Both the position numbers and the translations under genes were made by a program. 64,000 bases of DNA from Ramazzottius varieornatus (Eukaryota; Animalia; Tardigrada). Location: positions 1,214,725-1,278,724 of the forward strand of contig BDGG01000003.1 in the NCBI GenBank assembly GCA_001949185.1, given 5' to 3'. Shown here one piece after another: positions 49,886 to 61,480 of the stretch. Numbering within the stretch: the first letter of the stretch is position 1; the number at the start of each line of letters is the position of its first letter. Under the pieces are notes generated by a model. It ran no database searches and was not told the DNA's origin. It worked only from the letters and a program-made list of their open reading frames with translations.

Positions 49886-52800
49886 TCAGACAAAAATAAA
49901 AATGTGCGACACAGCGATTATGGACAACACCGTGGCATGGTCTGTACGAAAAACACCAGCTTCACTGCTCGGTATTCTTATTGGCGGCGTACTGATCGGC
50001 AAGCTTTTGGGCCGAGCACTTGTGTGCTGTTTTTGGCTCGTCAGTCTAACGGTTGGTCCCGGTACAGGGCAAGTCGATGCTTCACGGTAACTGGAATAGT
50101 TTCCGGGCTTCAGGATAAGAAACTGCGGTGATGGTTTCTGGGTCAAAAATATCATGTCCTTTAATAAGTGTTCTTACCTTTGTGTTCCAGATAAATGGCA
50201 AATGTGGACTTACTGATGAATTCGAAATACAGTGAGCTGAATAGTTGGTGAACCGCTGAAGGTTCTGCATTGCCTTCAGATTCTGCTGTGTCCATTGAAA
50301 CGTGGTGCTCATGTAGTTCTTGTAAGCCGTCCGTTTCGCCTCACTGTCCTGCATTGCGGTCACCAGATCCGTTGTCTCGTTTGCAGTCAGAGATGTCCTA
50401 ACAAAAGCAGTGACTTTCATAACTTCATCTTCAGAGTATCATTGTCAAAACACTAAAGCTCGTTGCTATATCACACTTACCCGACTGAGGTGAAGGGTGT
50501 ACCGGTAACTGGTATCACAGAATTCAGAGAAGTTTCACTGCTGCAAAATGTTATAACGGGCGTGGCAGGATAGTAGGTGACGAAGGCCATGCACATCTCC
50601 TCTGGAGTTCCCCAGCCGCCCTGCGAGACGTAATGTCCGTTTTCATAGCCAAAGAACTCGTTGCGAGAACTCTCTCATGGGATATAGAACTCTACTTACG
50701 AAGGTGACGTTATCACGTGCGAGCGAGTTGTAGTGGCATTCCTGACGTTAAAAAAAGGCTGCTCACTTTGCTTGATTGAGTAAGTACACAAGCGCCATGC
50801 ATAGTACTGATACCATGATGAGTTCGTCTCCGGGAAGGATGACTCTAGGCGGATTTAATCGCTGACTTTCTTGGTAGTTGAAGTCGTAGAATTCGTCCTT
50901 TGCGATGGGTGCAAGCTCCTTATTCTTCCGAATTTGACGAAGATATAATTTTCGGCCTAATAAAGGTTGGTTTGGAGGTTGTCAGACATCGATATCGCAC
51001 AAACGGTCTTTCGCGCGCTCTCAAAGGGTAAGATACATTGCCCCTACTTCTTACCGAGCAGATGGGTATGCAAGAGTACATTGATGATTTTCACTCCTGT
51101 GTCAGGCAAGATCTGAAATTGAACTTGCATGTCTGTTTCGTCAACGGAGAATGACAGTTCCACGTGAATCATGTTTCAATAATGGCCGGACACAGATTAC
51201 CGCCACCGTGCAGTTTTGGGTACAGCGAGCATAGATCACAAAGTCTTCCACCTTGGGAGGAATCATCATTGAGTCTACAAAAACAGTTTGACGTTTGCCT
51301 TTCTCATGAGATCCTGAAGACAACAGCGCTTTGCTGGACTCACAGCCGACGTCAGAGTACCCAGCCATCATTGTAGCCGCGTCATTTGGACGTAGCTTTG
51401 TGGTGGTGGTGAGGCGTATACCAGAACTGTCAGTGATCGCTGTAATGATCAAAATCCATCTTTTTTGAAAATCGATAGTCTTCGTCGGAACATTCGTTCA
51501 TTATTCTACCTAAACCATTTGGGTTGTCGTAATGGTTTTCCAGAAAGACGTAACGCCCACTCATTTCCGGAGTCAATGGAAAGCCGGCTTCGGCGGGATA
51601 ATGATACGGCTGGAACGAAACGTATGACATGCTGTAAGAGCGAATTTCTTTCCCACTGGATAATGATACTCTGGTTTTCCGAGGAACTGCTCAAGCGGTG
51701 ATTTTTACCTCGCTTCCGATTCCGAAGACTCCAATGATGGTTGTGCAGTTGGAGGTGACCAAATTCCGCATGGGTCGCGGCTGGTCGTACGTGCAATCGA
51801 AACCCCTTTCCGGGAAAGTGTCGTCGATCTTGTCCTTACACAGATATGCCAGCACGTGGTGGACAATGGCTTCATTTCCTTTCGTCACAACTGGCTGCGT
51901 CTGCATGAAAAGAAATATCTGTTATAGCAGGACCGGAAAACGAATGCTGGGCTGCGTCGTCAACCAACTATCACACTTCTGAACTTCAGACATGAAGGGA
52001 CGTCACAAATACGAACTGATCTAGCACATACCGTTATGACATGACGTTTTTCGCTAAACGTTGGAAGTTTGATCAGTGAACAGTAGTACATTGTTCGCGA
52101 AGTTGCCGATATGGAAACCTTGACAGGAAAAGTGTTTCGCTCAGGAATGCGAACTCAAACTCTATGGATCGAAAACACTGTTCGGGGTAAAGAACTACTT
52201 TGTCAGCCACGATATTCAGCTGTTGCAAGTCACGGCTTTTTTCTGTTTGCATGGAAGTGGAGTTAACTCGAAAACTATCCGACAGCATCATAAGACTACG
52301 AGTCCCTCTTTCGGCATGATGTGAGAACCAGACTGCCCACGGTATCGGGTCTTCCGGGTGCAGGGCGAAGAGCAAACGGACCGTATCCTTCTATCCTCAA
52401 TAACAACCACATCAACATGAGTAGATGGACCAGGGATGAACGTAAAACGGCCATATACCGTGAAAGGTCTGTCTTCGCTGTCACAGGTGACCAGTCTTCG
52501 GATCGCGCGGATAGTAGTATGTGTAGCGTTTTGTGAACCCGACACCAACACCCAGTCTTGCTGAGCGTCTAGTTTATAGATAATCCTCTTTGGTGAGTAA
52601 GGCTTCGTAGCACTCAACCATCGATCCTAAAAATCAGTTCATACCATACAGATATTGCAGTTTGCCAACCGTGCAAACTGGGACTCACCTGCACTGTAAC
52701 TTCTCCTGTTGAATCTTCCACCCAAGCGATCATACCGTCCGATGTATCCATACCGCCATTAGGCGAGATGGCTACGGACAGCCATCCCAGCGTTTGCGCT

Positions 52801-52982
52801 GTTACCTCCACGTCAATATGTGTACTGTTGTAGCCCCATCGCAGGAAGAAGTTCTGGTCAGGATCCAGAAAAGTTTCTTGATTGAGGGTAATGGAACTGA
52901 CTTCACCATAACCTCCTCTTATTAGTCCACAAAGGGACCAATACAATAAAGATAAGATCTGACCCAACCCAGAGCTTGCCAT
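49886..52982 (-). CDS. DBH-like copper monooxygenase (MOXD1-like), copy C, intact
   Basis: Signal peptide; DOMON GWLSVAISPNGGMDTSDGMIAWV; IVHHVL, ENHYDNP, LHTHLLG, GGWGTPEEMC; hydrophobic C-terminus TVLSIIAVSHIFIFV*. Confidence 0.9.
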
Positions 52983-54419
52983 TGCAGTAGCTATTCGTGT
53001 CAGTGATCCACATTGACGAATTACGGTTGTCGAGAAAATGGCGGAAGTGCTTCTGCGGTTATGTTTATCGGCAAGGGTATTTTATTTCCTCGGCATTGGT
53101 TAGTTTTTTTACTGACGCACGTGACCGGTCGTGCTTTTCAGCAAAACCGGTCGCGCTTTTCAGCCCTATCACAATGGATGTACTGTATTCTCTCCAGTAA
53201 TTTCCCTATGTCACAGGCGATACTTTTGTTAAAGAGTTTGCGAAGCGAACAGGCAGCTTTCGCTCTACGTCAGTTTACTACGTCATTTTAAACAAAAATT
53301 TCGTCGGTCGATTCCTCAGTCTCCTCATCATTCACCATAATCGCACCAGTAGGTTGCAAGATCAAAATGCGATTCGAAAGACAATAGTTCTCTGACAGAG
53401 AAAAACGGAACGAAAAGTACAATGCGAATCGGCAAATATGAATCGTCTGAGGGATACGAAGAAGCCTTCTGTTGAACAGCTGATTAATCTTTGTTTGAAA
53501 CTAAATACACGCTTGCGATTGATTGCATGTCCTTGATTGAGTCTAATGACGACACGGTTTTGCCACTGTGGCAGATACCGCAATTTCACTCTTGCATCAT
53601 TTGTAAAAACCGCTCGAGTGACGTAGGGAAGTTACCGGAGAGAATACAGTACGCGGAAAGGTCTTTAGCATCGTGTCAGCACAAAAGGTCTCACCGAAAG
53701 TGTGAGAAATCCGAGTGCTGTTTGCGTATCGATATCTAGATTCTGAAGGCTCTGTTCACTATGCTTACATGCATGTCGACGAAGTTTGGGCCACTAAAAA
53801 GTTTGAGCCAGACGATTCCGAAAAGCCTCTATATCTGTGGCTTTGATGTCGAGGCAGATTACGGATTCACAGAGCAAGGCAGCGAGCCATCCGCAAGTTT
53901 GTTTGAAAACATAAGTTTAGTCTGCCTACAGGGGACGTTCTAAACCCGGGGCTTGGCACTTGTACTTGGAACTTGTAATTGAATTTGCATCTGTACTTTG
54001 TACTTGTAACTTGCAAAATTAAGCAAAATTCTGTGAAAATGGGGGGCAAACTGATGAGTAGAAAAAAAATTTGATGTGCCGGCAGACAAAACGTGCATGA
54101 TCATTGTATCAAGTGGCGCACGCTGCCCGCCAGTACCGATGAGAATTTGCGCCACTGCGATAACGGTCGTGCACGCGCTAGTTTCCGGTCCCCCGTTTCA
54201 GGAACAAGTCGAGCAACTCTCACACTATTTTGTACATGCGGGCCACATCGATGAGGCCATTCATCAATGACAGAAGAGATTAAAACAGCGGCTTGTCTCC
54301 CATTCTGACTATGGAATTATGTTCATCCTCTGCATTCGAAGCTGAAATGCCAGCACAAAGCTACACGAAAATCTTCTCCACAGTCTGGACGAAAATCCTT
54401 GACCGTCCATGGAATAGGT

Positions 54420-54585
54420 TACATACTATGGCATGAACCACACATGAACCCGTTATGTGATATTGATGTCCCATATATGAACCTTTAATGAACCCAAAAT
54501 GCACCCAAAATTCTCTGTAACAAACCAGACTGATCAAAAATGTTATATGGTCATTATAATGGATCGGAAGCTCTTCCGAACAGGG
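54420..54585. repeat. Partial copy (right end) of the 46538-46996 element
   Basis: Shares ATGAACCCAAAATGCACCCAAAATTCTCTGTA...GACTGATC...ATGTTATAT...TCCGAACAGGGA. Confidence 0.8.
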
Positions 54586-55355
54586 AACCGAACGGAAAGA
54601 AGCGGAAACAAGTCCGCCTTTTTTGAAAACGGAAGCAGACCAAAACTCCCGCCCTTCTGAGTTCGGTTCCGTCTAGCGGACCATTTTTATGTTCTAATCT
54701 TCACGTTTATACAAGAGACTTGGCCAATCTACTCTGTTTGGGTCCCCGAGTTCGCTGACGGGACCGTTGCAGCTCAGAAGAACAGGTGGACGGCTGATGC
54801 GCCAAGCCGTCACGTCCTCCTTGGTATCACACCCAGACTCTGTACCACATCGAGTCTGGCTGTATCGACTTTACCCATCTACGGTATGCGATCAGACGAC
54901 CTCAAAATGCCCAAATTAAAATCACCTCCGTTCGCTTATCATGAATAGTTTCGATAAGAGTAAATTAACGCCGATACGTCAAGTCATGTCCGATGACATC
55001 AGTGATCACATTGTCTTGATGCTGATGCATGTGTGCCCATGTATCAGCAGCATTCACTACGTCACAAACGGCAAACTTAACTCATGACCGCTTGATGCAG
55101 CTGAAATAGCCATCGCTGCGGGATCGGGCTGCTGGAGTTCGAGTCTGAGTGGGTTCGAAATCGACGTTGCGTTGTCGTGCTTTGTTCCTTGAGAAATGCA
55201 GCAAGTCAGCGGACACCAAATCAAAGTCCTGTTCGTATCGGAAAGCTGGCTTGTCACGTTATCCTGCCGATAACTTACATAAGGTAGAAAGCTGTAAAAC
55301 TGTGTCCACCAAGCAAAATTGTTCATAGCTTGAGCCAGTATTTAATCCGTGCCTC

Positions 55356-57832
55356 CTGAAATTTGCTTCCTCATCCCATTCACTTGCAGCTTTGACCCTA
55401 GTCGGTTGTTTCCTGAGTCGCAATGGCGTCGTATACCTCGTCTCGTGTCTTGTTGCAGGAGCCTTCGCGGACCTTCCGGCCAATTACCAAAGCCTCTTGG
55501 CTGCCGCAGAGCAAAACCTACTGTGACAGAACGTCTAGAGCGATCCTCACGACTTGAACAACTTACCAAGCGAAGGAGTTGATGCGCTGCTGCTCAATGC
55601 CATCAAACCTCCGTACTTGGTACCGGTTTTCTTCCATGTTTTCGACGACATGATTGAAGGTCGAAGAAAGATCTTCCACACATACGGGTCAGTGGCCAAA
55701 GGTCGACTGAAATTTTCTCCAACTCGACCTTCACAGGAATCTTTGAGAGTGGAACGCGCGATGTTCTTATTTGACCATCAGTCGCTCTCGTTAAAGACGA
55801 CACTTTTATTCCAGGTACCGTAAATTCTCTCTCATTTGGATATAACTATGGAAGAACGTTAACTCCTGTGAAGATTTGTCTAAGAGTCAACTGATTGCAG
55901 GGCTGGGGTCAAGGTACTAATTGACGGCAGCCCACCTGTGAACTTCCACACGCTCTTCTCCTTGGATGGTCAAGGCGAGAACCGTAACTTCTTCGAGAAC
56001 GCAACCCGGTTAAAATTGCATGATTCAGTCGCGCACTGCTGTATCAAAGCAGAGCGAATCTGTAGCTAATCATGTAGCCTGTTTTGTTTTGTGGCTGATT
56101 CTTGAGGCAGTTCGGTCGTACGCGCTGAGAAAGCGCATGTCAAACAGAAAACGGATGGAGGGAGCCTCAGCCATACAGCTGGAAATTTACCTGGCTTGAT
56201 TCAGTACTTCTGTCGCGGGCAAGCGGCTATTTTGAGTTTTGCTCCTTGTAACGTTTTGCTTTTCCCAAGAAATCGATCGCTTTCTTGATCGACTTCCGTA
56301 AGCTGTGCTTTGTTATGAGTACTGTGCTTGGCGAGATGACCAGACTTTGCTCTGGAACTGAGAATGCCCGTTAGACAGATGGGTATGATAAGAACCGGAG
56401 AAATGACGTCTAAGTACCGTTGTGGTAATTTCGTTTGTTCCTGTCGCCTCGCGTGTTTTCGCCCGAGCTCGGTTCATCCACCTCAAGGTAAAGATCCTAC
56501 TTTCTTAAGGCTAGGGGCTTAGGACTTGTTTGACTACAGTATGAGCCGAAGAATTTGCAGACTATGCCGTTTGGAGTCGTGTGCAGGCTTGGTTGTGCTG
56601 CTCATGATAACCGTTGATTTATTGCTTTTATTTCTGCCGCATTTTTGCTTTGTAGAAGTACCACGGCTACTCCGGAAACGGACAAGGGTCTCATAACCAT
56701 TACCGACCACGACGGAGAGCCGATCTGACGAGCGATCTCTCGGTTCCACCAAGTACGCAGCCTGACGCATAGCATCAATCGAGTTGATAGAATTTCAGAT
56801 GTAGGCTGGCATTCGTTCTAGCTGCTTGATGACTGATTACTGCTTCTTGTCCGCAGGTCATCCCAACTGCAGTCGGAAAGGAACGTCGCTTGTCGGCGCT
56901 TATACTTTTTCTTGCTCGTGCTGTTGCATATTTTGGAGTTGTTCGAGCTGGAAATGATGCGTCAGGACTCAGGACACACAATCTCCAGTTTTTCAAATGC
57001 ATGGCTTCCCCTAATCTTCGTCGATCTTTTCGCTAGATTTTGTGCAGTTTCAAACTCGTCGTATTGTGGTATTTTACGAGGTTTAGCGCGGTTCTGGTTG
57101 CATTTCGGTAAAATTAAATTTTCTATCAAAAATCATGTTTTCCATCTCCTTCAGCTAGGAAAACAGTCGAATTTGTGCCCGAATTAAGCCTGTTTTCTTG
57201 CTGGAAAGAATAGCCAATTCAGAGCTTTTCTGATACAGAATAAACACTAGTCCGTGTTCCAAAACTGCCTGTTTTCGGACACAAAAAGAGCTGTTATTGA
57301 CAAAATGAAAATAGCGTTTTCTGTGTTTTTGTTTCTTTCGAATTATCAGTCCATCTCATGTTAGAAAACAGGCTTTTTTAGATCCGGGCAATTTTCAACG
57401 TCATTCCCGATACGGAAAACCCACTGCTCATCGCAGTCACCAAGGTCTTCCAGAGCGCGCTGTATCTATTGTCCGCTAACTGGATCGAACCGACCAGAGA
57501 ACCCCAACGATATGCCCCTGTACGAACACGCCTCCATCCGTGCCGATGGCTCCCCTGTTGAGAAGGGCAAAGTGGTCGCCCCCTGGAAAATCGACTTTGT
57601 ACCGAACAAGTCTCTGTCGTGGGATTCTGCCACCAATGAAGATTTCTGCTGCCATTTCGTCCACGATGTGCCTTCTGGGAGTGTGTTGTATGATGTGGTG
57701 CTATTCCGAACCCAAGATTCCGTTGGCCAGCATGTGGGGCGTTTGATTAGCACAAGTCCGTTTGTTGCGTCGCTGTATGGGGATGAGCGATTGTACCTGC
57801 GGCATGTTAATGATCGATGGCTCTCTACATAA
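55356..57832 (+). pseudogene. Secreted catalase-superfamily-fold protein (possibly related to the tardigrade AMNP Mn-peroxidase family), pseudogene
   Basis: Relic motifs DLPANYQSL..EQNLL*QNV*, DDMIEGRRKIFHTYGSVAK, FTGIFESG..VLI*PSVA..TFIPG, GAGVKVLIDG..VNFHTLFSLDGQGENRNFFEN, RPENPNDMPLYE, VGRLISTSPFVASLYGDERLYLRH. Stops at 55524, 55536 and 55772, frameshifts, CTG in place of the start codon, and an insertion. Family assignment is from remembered motif pattern. Confidence 0.7.
56005..57388. mobile_element. 1384-bp insertion with CCCGG...CCGGG termini and CAA target duplication (CACTA/CMC- or Harbinger-like; class uncertain)
   Basis: Removing it plus one CAA restores the reading frame GAG AAC GCA ATT TTC AAC GTC ATT CCC (ENAIFNVIP). 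Confidence 0.8.
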
Positions 57833-58368
57833 TATACTGCAAAGGTTTTGCATTTGCTACAGCAAGCTGTATATCACGGTAGCGCATATTGTTACACAAT
57901 CACACGTTACACACCATGCTGAGCATGCGGAGATCCATTATCCTCCGGGCCGCGACAGATATTTTCGGGCGGAAAGGGCAGGCAGAAGTCATGCGCGCAT
58001 GCAGCAGACCAGCCTTCGGATAGCTAAAGCTCTTAAGCTAAAACTGGCAAAACGACTTGTGAAAGATAACAGCAAGCGTTGGTTCTTTGGCACTCGCTTG
58101 GGTCCTCTCCGAATCGATTCTAGTCTATACCTGCGTCTTGAACTTCCAACGAACGTACGATTCGTAGTCCTTAAGTCGATCTTCGCTGACTTGCTTCATA
58201 GTAATGCCTGGAAAACAAAAATAGTCTAGAACAAGAACTCAACTGCAACGCTGTCATCCCAGGTTTCCAGTGGGTAATTCATCCTCATCTTTCGATCAAG
58301 CGACAGCTTTACCATGCCATCAACAAATCAACCGTCAGTATCTGGCCCATGAACCACTCAACTTGTGG

Positions 58369-61300
58369 TCAAACAAGATAAAAAAAAATAGTTATGGCGT
58401 AGGTGATAATCAAGCAATCAAGATGGAGTACTGCATAAAAGACAAGTGCTTTCGATGTTTGATGATAGCCTGGTTGCCGGTCATGGGCTTGGCCTCCCGC
58501 CACTCGTGAAGGACGTGGCACTTTTCGACCTGGGACAAGCGGATGGCTCTTGGTAGGCGGAATACTTGGCTGGTTTTATGATGGAGTAGACGGGCGCAGC
58601 TGGGCTCTATCAATGGACAAATCAGCTCAACGTTGCCCTAGGCAGCCAACCAAATAGCGCCAATCAACCAATCTTACCGTTGACGTCGACACGCAAATAG
58701 CGGGATTCTCTGCGCTTTTGTACAGATCCTGTAGCTTCATAACATTCTGCGGTGTCCACTGATACGCTGAAGTCATGTAGTCTCTGTACTGGTCTTCGCT
58801 CGAAGGGTCCTGCCACAGTCTTTGCGAGAGCTCTGATGTCTGGTTTGGGGACATCGGAATGCTACAACGAAAGACGAAGCTCCTTCAATAATGATCAAGC
58901 AACTAAAGCGAATTAGAAGTTGACTCTCCGTACCCTGGAGGAGAAAAAGGAGATCCGGTAAGGGGCAGTATGGTGTCCATTGATAGCCAACTGGCGCAAC
59001 TTGCGATGTCGGGCGTGGCAGGGTAGTAGGTTATGAACGCCATGCACATCTCTTCCGGAGTTCCCCAACCACCCTGCTCAGTAGAACGAGAGATTGTACC
59101 GTGTAGAAAATACACCCCTAGTCGTGCCCATTTTTGGCTTATTTAATTGTTTTGTAGCTTTAGCACGGGCTCTGTACTCTTGTGGACACTACTGCTAGTC
59201 AAAAATTTGCACGAGTGGGGATGCATTTCCTGCACTGTAGTTCAGCAGTAAAATAACGTTGAGTAACTCACAAAAGTAACGCTGTTTCGAGTCATGGAGT
59301 TGTAATGGCACTCGACGACCAGCTCGTCCCCTGGTAGAACTGCTCGGGAAGGAGTGATGGACTGGGCTTCTTGGTAGTTGAAATCATACGTTTCGTCCTT
59401 CGCAAGAGGTGGTAGTTCCTTGCCCTTCCGGATCTGGCGCAGATAGATTCGCTCACCTGCAATGCGGTTCATTTAGAGCTTCCATGCAATTACAAGCGGA
59501 ATTTAAAAACTACTTCCTGCTTCAGCAGTTTCGTACCAAGCATGTGGGTGTGCAGGAAGACCTTGATGACGTTGATTCCAGTGGGAGGTAAAATCTGGAA
59601 TAGAACGTTGTGCAATGCAACAAATATACACATGTACCATACACGAGTCAAATCCTCGACCCCTTTCTGAGCTTACAGCACTAGTGCAGTTTGCGGAACA
59701 GCGACCATAAGTGGCAAAATCCGCAACCTGGGGCGGTATCATCATGGAGTCTAAGGAGAAACAAAGAATCTTCGATTTCAGTCGAAGTTCGGCAACGTGT
59801 ATATTAATTAATACATGTTCAGCAAGCAGGATTTAGTCAGTTGTGAGATTAGACGTACAGCTGATGTCTCCGTATGCGATCATCGTGGTTGCCGCGTCGT
59901 TAGGTCGAAGCTTCGTGGTTAGCGTCAGACCTATGCCAGAACTATCAGTCACCGCTGTAACCGAAAATAAAAAGTTAGAGAGAAACATCTGGAAAAACTC
60001 CAGCGGATCGAGCAGAAGGGAAACAGTGCCCACATTTTCCTTCCGGGTTATCGTAATGGTTCTCCAGAAAGACGTATCTCCCGCTCAGTTCAGGCGTGAG
60101 CGGAAATCCTGTTTCAGGTGGATAGTGACTCGGCTGTAACAACCGCTGTGTGATCCTATGCGACGTGTGCGATTCACAACAAACTCACATAAACTATGTA
60201 CCTCACTACCGATGCCGAAGGCCCCGATGACCGCAGTACAGTTGCCCATAACCTGGTCACGAAGCGGTCTTGGTTTGTCGAAAGTGCAGTCGAATGCTTT
60301 CTCTGGGAAATCGTCATCAATTTTGTCGTTACACATGTAGGCTACCACGTGATGGACCACGCCTTCGTTGCTGGGACTAACCACTGGTCGCGTCTACAGG
60401 CAAGGAGTCAATCAATCCCACGGAACAACCAAGCCATCGAAGCCGTTTTTATCGCCCTAGTTGTCCTTTCTCGCTTACCGTTACAACGTGGTATTTTTGG
60501 GCGAATGTGGGCAACTTTATCAACGAGCAATAATACATGGTCCTTGTCTCCGTCGATATCGGCACCTGTGAATTAAAGACATCACACCGATGCCAACCCC
60601 ACGAACTGCACTTGGAAGACCGTCACACTGTACGTAAAAGCCCCTTACGCATGCTTATTCGCACACCACTGCTGCTGCACGTAGTAAGTTTCACTTACGT
60701 TGTCGGCCAACAAGTCAAGGGTGGAAGTTTCAGGTCCCGCATCTGAGTCGATGGCAACGGAATTCGCCAGGTAGCTTTCCGACAGCATCAGAAGGCTTCG
60801 AGTACCGCGATATGAGTGCTTGGGAATGGAGGTGGGTGACGCCGGATCTTGGGGGTTCATCGAGAAAATCAGTCTTACCGTGTCCGTCTTTTTAGCACAA
60901 ACAGAAACGTTTTCGCTAACGACCAGAGTAAAATGGGTTACTGGAATAATTTTCGCGTAAAAATTTACCGTGAAGGGACGATCCTGGGAGTCACAGGTAA
61001 CCAGTTTCCGGATAGCTCGTATTGTGGTGTGTGTCGCACTCTGTGCTCCGGCAACAAGCACCCAGTCCTGACTAGCGTCCAAGGACAGGTTTACAGTCCG
61101 AGAGCTGTACGGACTGGGAGCTATCAGCCACCGGTCCTACAACCATTTGTGGAACCAGTCGTGCAAATCCAGAGCGATGGAAACGTGAATCTTGCGTTTA
61201 CCTGAACCGTAGGTTTGCCGGTTCTATCGTCGACCCACGCGAGAAGAACATCCGCGGCGTTCATACCTCCGTTGGGCGACACGCCGATCGCCAACCATCC

Positions 61301-61480
61301 CAAGGTTTTTGCAGTGATTTCAAAATCTATGTGGGTCTTATTGAAGCCCCAACTTAGGAAGAAGCTTTGCTCAACGGGGTCCAACACGACCTCATGATCC
61401 AGTTCGATCGGCCTGTCCCCACTAACTTCGAGGATTCCGATGCAACCAAGAACAAACAGTACCGAGAAAAAGAATACCAT
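58369..61480 (-). CDS. DBH-like copper monooxygenase (MOXD1-like), copy D, intact; closest to copy A
   Basis: MVFFFSVLFVLGCIGILEVSG signal; GWLAIGVSPNGGMNAADVLLAWV; VVHHVV, ENHYDNP, LHTHMLG, GGWGTPEEMC; last exon CLIITYAITIFFYLV*. Confidence 0.9.
59113..59223. repeat. Small degenerate MITE in an intron of MOXD copy D
   Basis: CACCCCTAGTCGTGCCCATTTTTGGCT versus AGTCAAAAATTTGCACGAGTGGGGATG (imperfect inverted). Confidence 0.5.

Noticed and set aside
53945-54020. ACTTGT-like short tandem repeats
   Set aside because: Degenerate low-complexity repeat, possibly a TE end; no partner terminus found.
56009-57512. Splicing out the insertion plus the downstream +1 frameshift gives an open frame, suggesting a rescued gene
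   Set aside because: Upstream exons carry three nonsense codons, a frameshift and a lost start codon, so the gene is dead regardless. The frame match has roughly a one-in-three chance.
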